DNA from: Thermoguttaceae bacterium
GTDB taxonomy: Bacteria > Planctomycetota > Planctomycetia > Pirellulales > Thermoguttaceae
Length of the DNA: 64,000 nt
Reading direction: 5' to 3'
Assembly: GCA_017403345.1 (NCBI GenBank)
Contig: JAFQOH010000025.1
Location: forward strand, 25,602-89,601
Below the pieces are notes generated by a model. It made no database searches, was not told where the DNA came from, and saw only the letters and a program-made list of their open reading frames with translations. Positions 39,126-49,800 of the stretch are shown here, piece after piece. A program made the position numbers and the translations under genes. The first letter of the stretch is position 1; each line of letters begins with the position of its first letter.

Positions 39126-40328
39126 CTACCAGCAAAACGCGAATCCTCCCTGCCCGAGGTGGAGCGTTTCGCGGTCATTGACCATTGCGATATATCCGCT
39201 CCATATCCGAAAGTTTCCGATCGTCCACTCCAAAGTCGGTGCAATGATAAACCAGTCACGGCCCACATCCTGCGCAGAAATGGAGTCCGTTCCGCCAAGG
39301 TCATCCATAGTGAGAAATTCGTGAAACCAGAACGCACTGCAGTGAGCACACAGTGAATGAACGTCATTTTTCCAAAACGTGCCGGCAAACCGTACTCCAA
39401 CGACATTTTGAAATGAGTTGGTCTCTAGCGCAGGAAGAGACAGGAGCGCGGGGTCGGCGGGGTCGGCAGTCTCTGAACCGCTCGATGCGTGGTAGTACTG
39501 CAGTCCCCAAAACGGCTGAAATATGACGGAGCTGAAACGGAATTCCGTCCCGAGTTCTCCATACGCGTAGGCTCGCCACGCATTCGTTTCTCCTAGAGCT
39601 TCCAAAGTCGAATTTTCAGAAAAAGTTTTCTGCCGCAGTCTCCCATGCCCGATGGCCCCCGTCCCCATGAAGTAGCCGCCGCTCCAATCTTTTCGACCAT
39701 AGAGCCCCCACAGATACTGATCGGCATTGGCTTTTTCGGAATCGGAAGCATTTTTGAGGGTTACCGAATCATACGCAAAAAATGCTCCCAGCCGCGAGGT
39801 CGTTCCGAAATTGAGGTCCGTCCCGGTCAAGATACCGCCGAAAGAAGTTTCAAAACGGTTCGGGTCGGCTCCTGCAGGCGTCTGTACATTTCCGCGCATC
39901 ACCCCGCCAGTCCCGTAGCCAATGGTCCAGGAATTACGTCCGATGCATGGACGGTCAGTGTCTCGAAGATTTTGAAGCAGCATAATGTTTTCGAGTGTGG
40001 CACTTTGGACGCCGACAAGCGGAACGGATGGATAGAGCGTTTGTGCGGAAACGCTCGCAAGTGAGAAACCGAGGTGCAAACTGCCGATTTGAACCGAGCC
40101 GAAAAGTCCAGATCCCCAAAAGAGCAAGAAGAAGATAAAACGTTTCCAAAAAACGCGGCAAAAAATCGTTTTTCCGGGGAGAAATTCCTCACTGAATATT
40201 TTTTCTGGTTTCCATTGAGCCAAATCCCGCACATCCCTAAACGCGTCTGCATGTTCGGAGAAGATCCCCTTACACCTAAAGCTGCCGCACTGGGATCGGC
40301 TGCGGAACGGTCTGGTTCGTGATTCCAT
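39126..40328 (-). CDS. Autotransporter-type outer-membrane beta-barrel domain protein without an obvious passenger
   Basis: Signal-like FIFFLLFWGSGLFGSVQIGSLHLGFSLASVSAQ. Barrel-domain-like blocks (GGILTGTDLNFGTTSRLGAFFAYD, YLWGLYGRKDWSGGYFMGTGAIGHG, AYAYGELGTEFRF, VVGVRFAG). C-terminal aromatic ...GQGGFAFCW. Start is uncertain (ATG 40328 chosen). Confidence 0.55.
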   Translation of the reverse strand: MESRTRPFRSRSQCGSFRCKGIFSEHADAFRDVRDLAQWKPEKIFSEEFLPGKTIFCRVFWKRFIFFLLFWGSGLFGSVQIGSLHLGFSLASVSAQTLYPSVPLVGVQSATLENIMLLQNLRDTDRPCIGRNSWTIGYGTGGVMRGNVQTPAGADPNRFETSFGGILTGTDLNFGTTSRLGAFFAYDSVTLKNASDSEKANADQYLWGLYGRKDWSGGYFMGTGAIGHGRLRQKTFSENSTLEALGETNAWRAYAYGELGTEFRFSSVIFQPFWGLQYYHASSGSETADPADPALLSLPALETNSFQNVVGVRFAGTFWKNDVHSLCAHCSAFWFHEFLTMDDLGGTDSISAQDVGRDWFIIAPTLEWTIGNFRIWSGYIAMVNDRETLHLGQGGFAFCW

Positions 40329-40802
40329 TTTGCACTCCTTTCGTGAATGGATCCTTTTGTAAACTGGATCAAAATGGCGCCAATTCGGTCTCCGCTGGGG
40401 GCTGGGAGGATAACAAAAACGGAAAACCGAAAAGTACGCCAAACTTTGTAAAACGGGGCCGCCATTGAGTTCAAGCAACTTCCAGGAACCGTTTTATCCG
40501 AAAATCAAAGGAATGAAAAGCTGGTCTTTTTTTCACATTTCGTTCTGTAACAGTAGACCTCCAGCCATTTTTCAGTGCGGCAGACTTCGTTTTTCACGCA
40601 GTTCAAAAGGAATGAAGGAGAATGAAAAAAATTTTTTCTTTTCAGAAAACTTTCGCAAATTGGGGAAAAACGCATTTCTTTTCAAGATCTGGCCTTCCAC
40701 GAACTGTAGAAATCGGCTATACTAGACCTTGAGAGTGTCATACATTCGGTCATTTTCCTTGACTTTTCAGTCATTAAGGCATTTTCCGAGGATCCCTGAA
40801 CC

Positions 40803-41555
40803 ATGTTCACCGTCAAACTCGATTTATTTCGCGGTCCGCTGGATCTGCTTCTGTTTCTGATCAAACGGAAGGAACTGGACCTCATGAACGTAAAAGTGAG
40901 TGAGATCATCGACCAGTTCAATGAGTATCTCGACGTCATTCAATTCATCGACTGTGATCTTGCGGGTGAATTTATCGCGATGGCGAGCTGGCTTCTTGAG
41001 ATGAAGGTGATGGAAGCACTCCCAGGAGAATCCGAGCCGGTGGTAGAAGAGGAAGATCCACACGAAGATTTTGTACGTCAGCTTCTCGATTACAAAAAGT
41101 ACCGGGATGCCGCCTGTCTTCTTGAGGAACGAGGTCGACGCTGGCAGCAAAACTATGCACGTTTGGCGAATGACTGTCCGCGGCGCACTCGTGATCTTGC
41201 CGAAGAGCCGATCTTGGACGTCGATCTATGGGATCTGGTAAGTGCGTTTGGCCGAATCATTAAAGAACCGAACGGTCCCATGCCGACGAATATCGTGTAC
41301 GAGGAGACGCCGATCGAAGCACATATGGCGCGGATCCAGGATCGGCTTGCGGAGAACGGCATGACGTCATTTTCGGAACTTTTCAAACCTGGAATGCACA
41401 AAACGACGCTCGTCGCCATTTTCCTAGCCTCGCTGGAGCTGGTGCGAAATTATTGCGTGGAAGTTGAACAGTACCAGTTATTTGGTGAGATCTGGCTGCA
41501 TCCAGGAGAAGGCTGGACCCGCGAGATCAACAGTGCGGGAGTAACTTCTGCATAA
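40803..41555 (+). CDS. scpA: Segregation and condensation protein A
   Basis: FTVKLDLFRGPLDLLLFLIKRKELDLMNVKVSEIIDQF and the C-terminal winged-helix region TLVAIFLASLELVR. Confidence 0.85.
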   Translation: MFTVKLDLFRGPLDLLLFLIKRKELDLMNVKVSEIIDQFNEYLDVIQFIDCDLAGEFIAMASWLLEMKVMEALPGESEPVVEEEDPHEDFVRQLLDYKKYRDAACLLEERGRRWQQNYARLANDCPRRTRDLAEEPILDVDLWDLVSAFGRIIKEPNGPMPTNIVYEETPIEAHMARIQDRLAENGMTSFSELFKPGMHKTTLVAIFLASLELVRNYCVEVEQYQLFGEIWLHPGEGWTREINSAGVTSA

Positions 41556-41645
41556 CGTTTCGGGGGCCGGTTTACGGCAGATCCCTGAAATTTCCATACC
41601 GTACGCATCAAACAGTGAATCCTGCGTTTTTTTAACGAAAAGACC

Positions 41646-42482
41646 ATGCGCGATATTTCATACAGAACGTTCAAATTTAAGGACTATTCGATCGAAGGTT
41701 TTTCGAGAGCCGCGATCCAGACATTCTGGCACATTCCGGAATTTCACCTCGGTTTTGACCTGGGTGCCCAGCCATGGGAGTTCATGGGAACGCATCATTG
41801 GTTCATTTCCCACACGCACTTGGACCATCTTGCTATGTTTCCGAGTTACGTCGCGCGCCGCAGGATGATGAAAATGCCGCCGCCGGTCGTTTACCTCCCT
41901 GACGGTTTCGTAAATCTGGCTGCAAAACTTCTGAAAGTGTGGTCTCATCTGGATTGCGGGAAATTTCCGTGCGAACTGGTGGGTCTGAAACCAGGAGATT
42001 CCGTGGAACTCTCCCGTGAGATCGTCGTGGAAGCATTCAAGACCTCGCATCGGATCGAATCGCTGGGGTACGTCGTTTACCATCGCCGAAAGAAGCTGAA
42101 GCCGGAATATCTGACGCTCAGCGGGGACGAGATCCGCAGGCTGAAAGAGGAAGGGGCGGACATCACTTACGAAATCAAGACACCGAAAATCGCATATCTG
42201 GGAGACTCCAATGCTGCGGGACTCGACAAAAATCCGATCTTCTATGAGGCGGAAACGCTCATCATGGAGATGACATTCGTCGAACGGAGGCACAGAAGTA
42301 ACTTGATCCACAGATTTGGGCACATTCACCTAGATGACGTAGTGGAACGGCAGGAAAAGTTCAAAAACGAGCTGATCATTGCGTCGCATTTCACCGCTCG
42401 AAGCGTCACGGATACGATTTTGCGTTCCATTCAGGAAAAATTTCCAGATATGATGGACGGACGTCTTAAACTCTGGCTCTAG
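41646..42482 (+). CDS. Metallo-beta-lactamase-fold hydrolase (RNase Z/ElaC-like)
   Basis: HxHxDH motif in FISHTHLDHLAMF, with later His/Asp ligands (TSHR, YLGDSN, GHIHLDD). Confidence 0.7.
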   Translation: MRDISYRTFKFKDYSIEGFSRAAIQTFWHIPEFHLGFDLGAQPWEFMGTHHWFISHTHLDHLAMFPSYVARRRMMKMPPPVVYLPDGFVNLAAKLLKVWSHLDCGKFPCELVGLKPGDSVELSREIVVEAFKTSHRIESLGYVVYHRRKKLKPEYLTLSGDEIRRLKEEGADITYEIKTPKIAYLGDSNAAGLDKNPIFYEAETLIMEMTFVERRHRSNLIHRFGHIHLDDVVERQEKFKNELIIASHFTARSVTDTILRSIQEKFPDMMDGRLKLWL

Positions 42483-42504
42483 CACGCAGAAAAAAAGTGC
42501 AGAA

Positions 42505-42544
42505 AGCTCGGTCCGCTGATCTCTCGCAGACCGGGCTTTTTTTG
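42505..42544 (+). terminator. Terminator between convergent genes
   Basis: agctcggtccgc ... gcagaccgggct (12 positions, one G-T and one mismatch) followed by ttttttt. Confidence 0.55.
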
Positions 42545-42613
42545 TGAAGAATGAACGGCAGGGACAGCTCGATGCCGTTCCTGCCGATGGGAAAGATTAG
42601 CACCGACTCAACA

Positions 42614-45600
42614 TCAGCGTCCGTCAAACTGCAATTCAACGGGTCCGATCAAACCGGAAGTACGGTTTCCGCGGTAGCGGTTGGGGATCGAATGGTAGTG
42701 GTTCGAGAGCGTGTTGAAGACCTCGATCTCGATCGTATTTTCACCTTCGTTCAAGAAACCGGCAACGTCCGTCTTCCATGGTGCCGCGACGAGCGTGCGG
42801 ACCGGTTTTCCATTGATCCGGATCTCTGCGGTCGCGCAAACAGAACCGAGGTCCAAGATCGCGCTTTTCGCTGAGGCCTCCTCTTTCGTCAGTGTGAACG
42901 ATCTCGAGTAGACCGCTCCGCCGGAGTAGAGTTCGAGGACCGTTCCGTCCCGGCTCCAGTCTCCAAGCTGCGGAAGCTCGCCTTCACCGGTCTCCAGACG
43001 GATCGGCTCGGCAAAGTATGCTCCGCCCTCCAGAGAATCCGCAAGATGCGCAGCAATGGCGACTTTAGCGGGCTGGATGACAGTTTCCGGGAGCGAAACG
43101 ACCAAACGGCGCGTACGCGGCTGGACGGACGGGGTCTCTTCCAAATCGACGATACGCTGTCCGTCCACGAAGACCAACGGGAAACCGACGGCTTTTTCGT
43201 CAAGAGTCAGAACCATTTTCCGGAGTCCAGCAGGCGCCGTGAAACGGTAAACGCCGACGCGGTCCGAAACGGCTTTTCCTTCTTTCGCAAACGGCTCAAA
43301 CGGCACGCAGTCCGTACGGTACCACGTCATCGAAAGCGGCATTCCGGCCAGCTTCTCTCCGGTCTGCTTTCTCGCGGAAAATTCGTTTCCGCCTTCTTTC
43401 GGAGCAAGTCGGCCTGCAGTATTGAACGTACGGAATTCGCTCGGCGGAACGTCCGCTTCTTCCGGCTGTGCACTTCTTGCCGGCGGGTTTCCTTTTTCCA
43501 GGACCCAGAATCCGCGGCCTGCTTTTGCGTACTCAAGCACAAGTTCCTGAACGGAACCGTCAAGCGTGAGTGTTTCGGTCTCCGGCGCGATCTCTTTTCC
43601 GTCGAGCGTCACGCGGACGGGGAGATTCCCGCCTTTCTGGATCCGGACCGTTCCGGAGTAACGCACAAAGGTGGAGAGACGATAGTTCTGCGGCACATCT
43701 TCTTCGACGTAAAGCGTTTCATTGTGTCCGCCTTTTCCTTTTCCGAGCGCAATAAAATGGTCCGAGATATTCTTTTTCGTACCGTGCCAGCCCTGATGTC
43801 CAGGATTCCCTTTCACGCCGACACGCCAAGAGAAGGCGTACGGTGAAGCATTTGACGCAGCATCCGCGGCAGAAGGCATTCCTTTTGCCCGGGCACATTT
43901 CGTTAGGAAGAACTGCGTACCGAATCCGTAGGCACACATCGGCCACGAGGATTCGTTCGTCTCGAGAGAAACAAGCGGACGAAGGGATTCCGGCATCGTA
44001 CCATTCGGAGCGTCCAGGAATGCCGCGGCGGCGGCATCATCGATCTCCGCGTAATGGAAACGGCGGGCTTCCGCACCGATGAGCAGATTATCCGGCGTGA
44101 CGGGAAGACGGAAATCACCCCACTGATTGTCCATCGTGGGGACCAAACGGAAACGCCACGGACCATCGAGCTTCAGAGACGAAACGGCCTCCTGCGCGTC
44201 TGCGGAAACGGAAGCGGTCTCCGTCTTTTCCTTGAGTTCCGCGGTCTGCGATGCATCCGGCTGGAAGACGATCAGCGCTGCTTCCACTCCCGTGACCGGC
44301 ATTTTGAGGACAGTACGCATCTCGCCGTCGACCGGGAATCGCGCAATGACTTCCAGCGTTTTCCGTTCCCCCGTCATGGTGTCCCAAAGCTCCGGACGTC
44401 CAACAGAACGGAACGTAAGGCGCGTGTCTTTCGGAATGCCCGTCAGAAAGTAAACGTTCTGCTCACCGACCTGGCGATGAAGGAATTTAGCGGAACCGGA
44501 AGTCTGCTCGGACTGAAAATCCCGCGGGAATTTCTCGGCGATAAGCTGCGCGAACTCCGGTCCGTTCCGATTCGGGATGAAGATGCCGGGGGCATTTTCG
44601 TCCGTGAAGAGCCGGGCGACGAGCGCGTTCAGTTCCGGGTCATTCGCGCCAATGCGGTCCGAAACATCCGGAAGGCGGTCCAGACAGACGAGGATCCCGC
44701 CCGCGTTGGCAAACGCTTCAAGTTTCTTCAGGACGTCCCAGCGGATCGCTTTAACTCCCGGAAGAACGTAAACGCGGAATTCCATGCCGCTGACGCAGAG
44801 TTTTCCGTCACGGATCTCGGCACGAAGGACCGACTGATCGTCCATGAACGTCACGTCGCGCTGAGCTGCGTAGATCTTGCGGGCCGCATCAAACGCACAG
44901 CCGGTCGCGGCTTTCTGCTCATTTCCAAACCCCGCCATCCCCGGCGAGGTCGGATACGTGACGGCGATCTCGCTCTTCCAGACACCCTGCGAAAGAACGT
45001 AGCTCAAACGCTCGAAATTCTTGAGGAAAACGGGCAGATGCTTCCAGTACGGCATCCGGAAATGGTAGCACGGCGGTGCCCACTCCCACATACTTCCGTG
45101 CGTCGTGTAGTAAAGTCCGTGAAGATTCAGCAGGGTGCATCCGTACGCGTAGTTTTCGTTCGTCGCGGTCATAAGCGTCTGCGGCGATGCCCCCCAACCG
45201 AGCGAATGGTAGCCTTCCAGCCAGACACGCGGACGACGGTAAAGCGCGGCGATGGAGCTGGAGACCTTCCCCTTGATGAAGTCCGCCCGGCCTCCCGGAG
45301 TGTCGTGCCCCGGCGCAGAGTACCAGCGGGTCGCGCGGAAATAGTCGCCGTACGCACGGGGATTCGTTCCGCGTCCGAGATTGTCGCAGCCAAAAACGAG
45401 GCCCTGATCGTAGTGCCAGGAATAGATCGGTTTAAAGTACCGCACCTCGGTCAGATGGAGCTGAACGTCTTCCCAATCCATCCGTACTTTCCCGGTTTCC
45501 GGACCGACTTCCATGAAAAGCGCCGGCAGTTTGTCGAAGAAACCGTAGCCCTTGAATTTCGCGAACTGCTCCGGAAGATCTTCCGTCCACCAACGCTGTC

Positions 45601-46540
45601 CCGGCACGCCGAGAAACAGTTCATCGTTGAAGAACCAGTTCAGCCCCTTGGCGTCTTTCGTCGGATTGTGGTCCACGAACGGCTGGAAGAATTTCTCGAT
45701 CACGCGCGCGCCGGATCTCGGATGGATCGGATTGAGCGTTCCGGGATTCCCTTTCCAAAAGACTTCCCAAATGCGGACGGAATCAAAGTCGGCATTCCCG
45801 GCATTCGCCAGCATTTCTCGCACATTTTCGGAAGCCGTCTGCGCCGGATCTTCCGTCGAAAGTTGAATCCCTTTTCCCGTCAGCACATTTCCGCGGAACG
45901 GGTAGGCCCAGAAACCGATCGAATTCTCCGACGGCGTGAAATTCCCATCCGTGACCTCGCGCAAATGAAGTGTCTTGGTGTGGAATTCCGGATCTTCGTA
46001 AATGACGCGATTGAAGAGATTATCCGTCCCCGTCCAATCCAGAGTATACGTCGAAAGTCCGATCCCCATACCGTACTTTCCGCACTCTTCAGCCGCAAAA
46101 GCCCAGAAATCCCACCATTCCGGAGTGAAGAGCTCCGGGGAATTCGGGAACGTGGGCCAATGCGTCTGCTTCGTGTCTTTGTGCGCGTAGTTGATCTGCA
46201 TTCCGGTCACGCCTTTTTCGTGAAGCTCGCGGATCTGCCATGCGAGGCGGTCTTTATCCAGTTTGTCGCCGCTCCACCACCAGAAAGGCACTTCTCCGAA
46301 ACCTTCCGGCGGAGTCTGAAACGCATCCGGCGTCAGCGTCATTTTCGGGTCAGGATACCCGGCCGGGACCGTACCCAAAACCGGGAGTTTGGCCGGATCG
46401 GAAAGCGAAAGTACGGAGTCATTCTGCGCAGCACCAGAAGACGGAGCAGCCAGAAACGCAGAGGCGAGAAAAACGGCAGCACACCCGGAAAGAGCGGCCG
46501 ACGAGGGCAGGAGCCTCCGAAATAAAAATGAAATCTTCAT
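42614..46540 (-). CDS. Large secreted glycoside-hydrolase-like protein (GH106-like / jelly-roll glycosylhydrolase family, tentative)
   Basis: Signal peptide. N-terminal EVPFWWWSGDKLDKDRLAWQIRELHEKGVTGMQINYAH. C-terminal galactose-binding-like module LDLGSVCATAEIRINGKPVRTLVAAPWKTDVAGFLNEGENTIEIEVFNTLSNHY. ATG 46540 is preferred over the TTG at 46576. Confidence 0.55.
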   Translation of the reverse strand: MKISFLFRRLLPSSAALSGCAAVFLASAFLAAPSSGAAQNDSVLSLSDPAKLPVLGTVPAGYPDPKMTLTPDAFQTPPEGFGEVPFWWWSGDKLDKDRLAWQIRELHEKGVTGMQINYAHKDTKQTHWPTFPNSPELFTPEWWDFWAFAAEECGKYGMGIGLSTYTLDWTGTDNLFNRVIYEDPEFHTKTLHLREVTDGNFTPSENSIGFWAYPFRGNVLTGKGIQLSTEDPAQTASENVREMLANAGNADFDSVRIWEVFWKGNPGTLNPIHPRSGARVIEKFFQPFVDHNPTKDAKGLNWFFNDELFLGVPGQRWWTEDLPEQFAKFKGYGFFDKLPALFMEVGPETGKVRMDWEDVQLHLTEVRYFKPIYSWHYDQGLVFGCDNLGRGTNPRAYGDYFRATRWYSAPGHDTPGGRADFIKGKVSSSIAALYRRPRVWLEGYHSLGWGASPQTLMTATNENYAYGCTLLNLHGLYYTTHGSMWEWAPPCYHFRMPYWKHLPVFLKNFERLSYVLSQGVWKSEIAVTYPTSPGMAGFGNEQKAATGCAFDAARKIYAAQRDVTFMDDQSVLRAEIRDGKLCVSGMEFRVYVLPGVKAIRWDVLKKLEAFANAGGILVCLDRLPDVSDRIGANDPELNALVARLFTDENAPGIFIPNRNGPEFAQLIAEKFPRDFQSEQTSGSAKFLHRQVGEQNVYFLTGIPKDTRLTFRSVGRPELWDTMTGERKTLEVIARFPVDGEMRTVLKMPVTGVEAALIVFQPDASQTAELKEKTETASVSADAQEAVSSLKLDGPWRFRLVPTMDNQWGDFRLPVTPDNLLIGAEARRFHYAEIDDAAAAAFLDAPNGTMPESLRPLVSLETNESSWPMCAYGFGTQFFLTKCARAKGMPSAADAASNASPYAFSWRVGVKGNPGHQGWHGTKKNISDHFIALGKGKGGHNETLYVEEDVPQNYRLSTFVRYSGTVRIQKGGNLPVRVTLDGKEIAPETETLTLDGSVQELVLEYAKAGRGFWVLEKGNPPARSAQPEEADVPPSEFRTFNTAGRLAPKEGGNEFSARKQTGEKLAGMPLSMTWYRTDCVPFEPFAKEGKAVSDRVGVYRFTAPAGLRKMVLTLDEKAVGFPLVFVDGQRIVDLEETPSVQPRTRRLVVSLPETVIQPAKVAIAAHLADSLEGGAYFAEPIRLETGEGELPQLGDWSRDGTVLELYSGGAVYSRSFTLTKEEASAKSAILDLGSVCATAEIRINGKPVRTLVAAPWKTDVAGFLNEGENTIEIEVFNTLSNHYHSIPNRYRGNRTSGLIGPVELQFDGR

Positions 46541-46704
46541 GAGCAAATTCCTGAAAAAGGTAGGACTAAAGGACAAAAAACAAAATGTCTCCCAATCATT
46601 TTAGCACAGATCTTCCAAAAAGCAAGATGCGGGGGAAAAAATCCTGCCGACTCAACAAAAAAAAGTCAAAATTTCGAGTCTCTAAAATGATTTTGTACCG
46701 GCAC

Positions 46705-46733
46705 TTGACTTCTTCCAGATTTTCCGGTAGAAT
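46705..46733 (+). promoter_or_regulatory. Sigma-70-like promoter candidate for the heparinase-like gene
   Basis: TTGACT (46705-46710), 17-nt spacer, TAGAAT (46728-46733). Confidence 0.45.
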
Positions 46734-46863
46734 AATCTGAAAGAATGCGAAAACATTCCGAACCGCAACGATAGCCGATCCATTTCAGCAGCGTGCCCTG
46801 CCCAAAAGATCCGCTAACGAATCAACCCGCCCTCTTTTCCTCACCTGTTTTCAGGAGCTGAAA

Positions 46864-49800
46864 ATGAACCATTTCATCCCGCTTTTTTTCATTTGTGGAA
46901 TTTTATCTTCCATCTTTACACTTCATGCGGTCCCCCTGACTGCGGCAGAACAAAATGTTCCCGCCTCTTCCGTACCTGCCGCATCTTCTCCCCCTATCGC
47001 ACATACCGACTCTCTTTCGCCAGTTTCCGACACAGAACGCCTTTCTCTTATGCCGGAAGAAAACTCTAGCTGGAAAGACTCCTGGAATTTCAAGAAAAAC
47101 GTAAAGCTCGAGCGAAACAGTGAATTGGATCTGCTTTCTGTAGAGATCGACCCTTCGGAGTTCGATTTCGGCTGGTTCCAGCGCAAGATACCGAACGGCG
47201 ATCTCTCGCAGTTCTGCGGGATCTACGGACGTTTTCGAGTCCCGCCGGGAAATTTCGGAAAAAAGCTCCACGCAATGATGGTCCTCGCGACCTCTGGAAA
47301 ACCGTCGGAATATTACACTCAGGAAATTGGACGGTGTGCAGACAGCGCAGGAAACTGGGTCGAATTTTTTCTTCCGTTTTCCCAATTCACTCCAAGCCGC
47401 AATGCTTCCGCCCGAGCATTTGGGACCCATCTTCTAAAACCGGGCGACGCACTCGAGATCTCGATCAGCGTCGGAACAACTCCCATGAAGATCGAGTTTG
47501 ACTCTCTCCGTTTCGTGCTCAAAGAGGAAGAGGCAACACTGGGACGAAGAGTCGCAAGAATGCGTTTCATGCGTCTTCTGAAACCCGGATCGGAAATCGG
47601 CGGAAACGTTCACCCGCGGCTTCTTCTTCATGGAAAACGGCTTGAACGCATTCGTGCAAAAGCCTCGGAAGGCGGGATCCAGCAAGCCGGATTTGAGCGG
47701 CTGATGGAACTGGCAGAAGATGCCATGAAAAAAATCGACGCGGAAGCCCCGCTGAAACGTGCGTTTGCCTACGAGCTGAATCCAGAGATGACCCCGCACC
47801 AAAACCGAGGACGCTTTGAAGGAACGCTCAACCCACTGGTCATTCCGCTGGAAACTCTCGCGGCGGCGGCCGTAATTTCCGGCAATGAACGCTACGGCAA
47901 ACACGCAGCACGCGCATTAGTGAACATGGCGCGCACTCTGGACGTTCATTCACCTGAGATCAGTCAGGGATTCTACTACACGCGGACTTTTTACGTACGG
48001 ACACTCGCCTTTGGATACGATTGGCTCTACCATTGGCTGACGCCGGAGGAAAGAATGGAGGTCAAAGCGACGCTCCTCGGATTCATCGACGACATTTACA
48101 CACGCTCGTGGGAGGGAAGCTGGGGCCGTCATCCTCTGGACCGGGTCTGGAACTGGGATCCCGGACTGGTTTCGTGTGCGGGACTCGGCATTTTGGCAAT
48201 GGAAGGAGAGACTCTCGCGGCAGAAGAGGCCATGCTTTTCCAATTCCGCCGACATCTGCGTGACTATCTGACGCTCGGCATCGATTTTGACGGCTGCTGT
48301 CACGAAGGTCCCGCCTATCTCAGTTACGGGATCGGGGCAGGACCGCATTTTGCAGAATGTCTGCGCGACCGGGGGCTTGGCGATCTTTTTGTGGAGACCA
48401 ACTGGAAATTGACCCCGATCTGGCTCACTGCGGAACTGCTGCCGAATCGCCGTCAGTGGAACAATCTCTCAGACTGCGGATCAGGTCAGGCTGCCGGCTC
48501 TCCGGTCTACGCATACACATGCGGACGCCTTGCGGAACTGGCCAAAACAGACCCGGTACGACGCGGTGAAAAGCTCGAAATTCCCAAGGAAACTTTCAGC
48601 GGACTCTCCTACCTCGCGCACTTTCAGGAAACTCCAGGACCGCGTCATCTTTCTATGGGAGCTCTTGCGGAACTGATGGGCTGGTGCTGGAACCATGGAA
48701 GCGGCGCACGTGCTCCTGAAAACTTCGGAGATGCCGCGGCACTGGCATTCGTGCTCTTCTACGAAGAGTGCCCCATCGCTGAAGATCCGGGGATCTACCT
48801 GCCGAAACTTCAGTTTTTCAGAGGACGCGGACTGGTCGTTGCGCGAGACGGCGGATATGGAAAGAACGCCCTCCATCTTGCCGTCGAAGCAGGGCCTCAT
48901 GCCGCTGGACATGACCAGAGCGACAAAGGAACCTTCACCCTGCGTGCTTTCGGCGCAGACATGGTCATCGACAGCGGATACGGAAATGACGGAAACCCAA
49001 ACGCCAGCGGAAGCAGTTTTGCGCACAACGTGGTCCTCATCGACGGTCAGGGCCAGCCGATGAATTGGCACAATTCCAGCGACGGTGAGATCACGGGGAT
49101 CCGACACTCCGAAACCTTTGACTGGATCCGCACTTCCGCGCTCAATGCGTGGAACTTCCGATACGCCGCCAAACAGAGGATCCCAACGGGACAGGAAGTA
49201 GAAAAGGCCGACCGACACTACATTCTCGTGCGCAGCACTGACGACGGGATCCCGCCGTATGTCGTGACGTTTGACGATTTCCGAAAAAAAGACGGTTCAG
49301 AACACGAATTTACCTGGCAGTGGCACATTCCGCCGGAAAATCGATTCCAGATCGGTGAAACGTCATGGACCTCCGTACCTACAGGCGGAAGTTACCGTGT
49401 CCTGACGACGAGACCGGACAAATGCCGAGGAAAAGCCGTTTTTGAACTCACGGCTCCGGAAACGGGACGATTCCAGATTGCAGGATTTACTCGATGCGCC
49501 GGCGCGGACCCGGGAAAATCCGACAGTTTCTGGGTGAAACTCAACGGAGGTCCCCGATCCTGCTGGGATCTCGTCAATTCCTTAAACTTCACGTGGAGCC
49601 TGCTTAAGGACCGCGAAGCCGGAACGCCGCACACACTCTACCTCACGAAAGGGGAAAAGGTCCGATGCGAGATCAGCGCAAGAGAACCGGAAGCGCAGCT
49701 CGCATTTCTTGCGCTGACGCCGGCAGATGAAGGGCTCCCGCCGTTTCCGGATGACGAGACCTCCATTCCGGAAGACGGTTCCATACTCGGAGCATTTTCT

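Noticed and set aside
44054-46525. 823-aa plus-strand ORF
   Set aside because: It is antisense to the 1300-aa GH-like gene, which has a signal peptide and recognisable domains. The antisense translation is Arg-rich and has no features.
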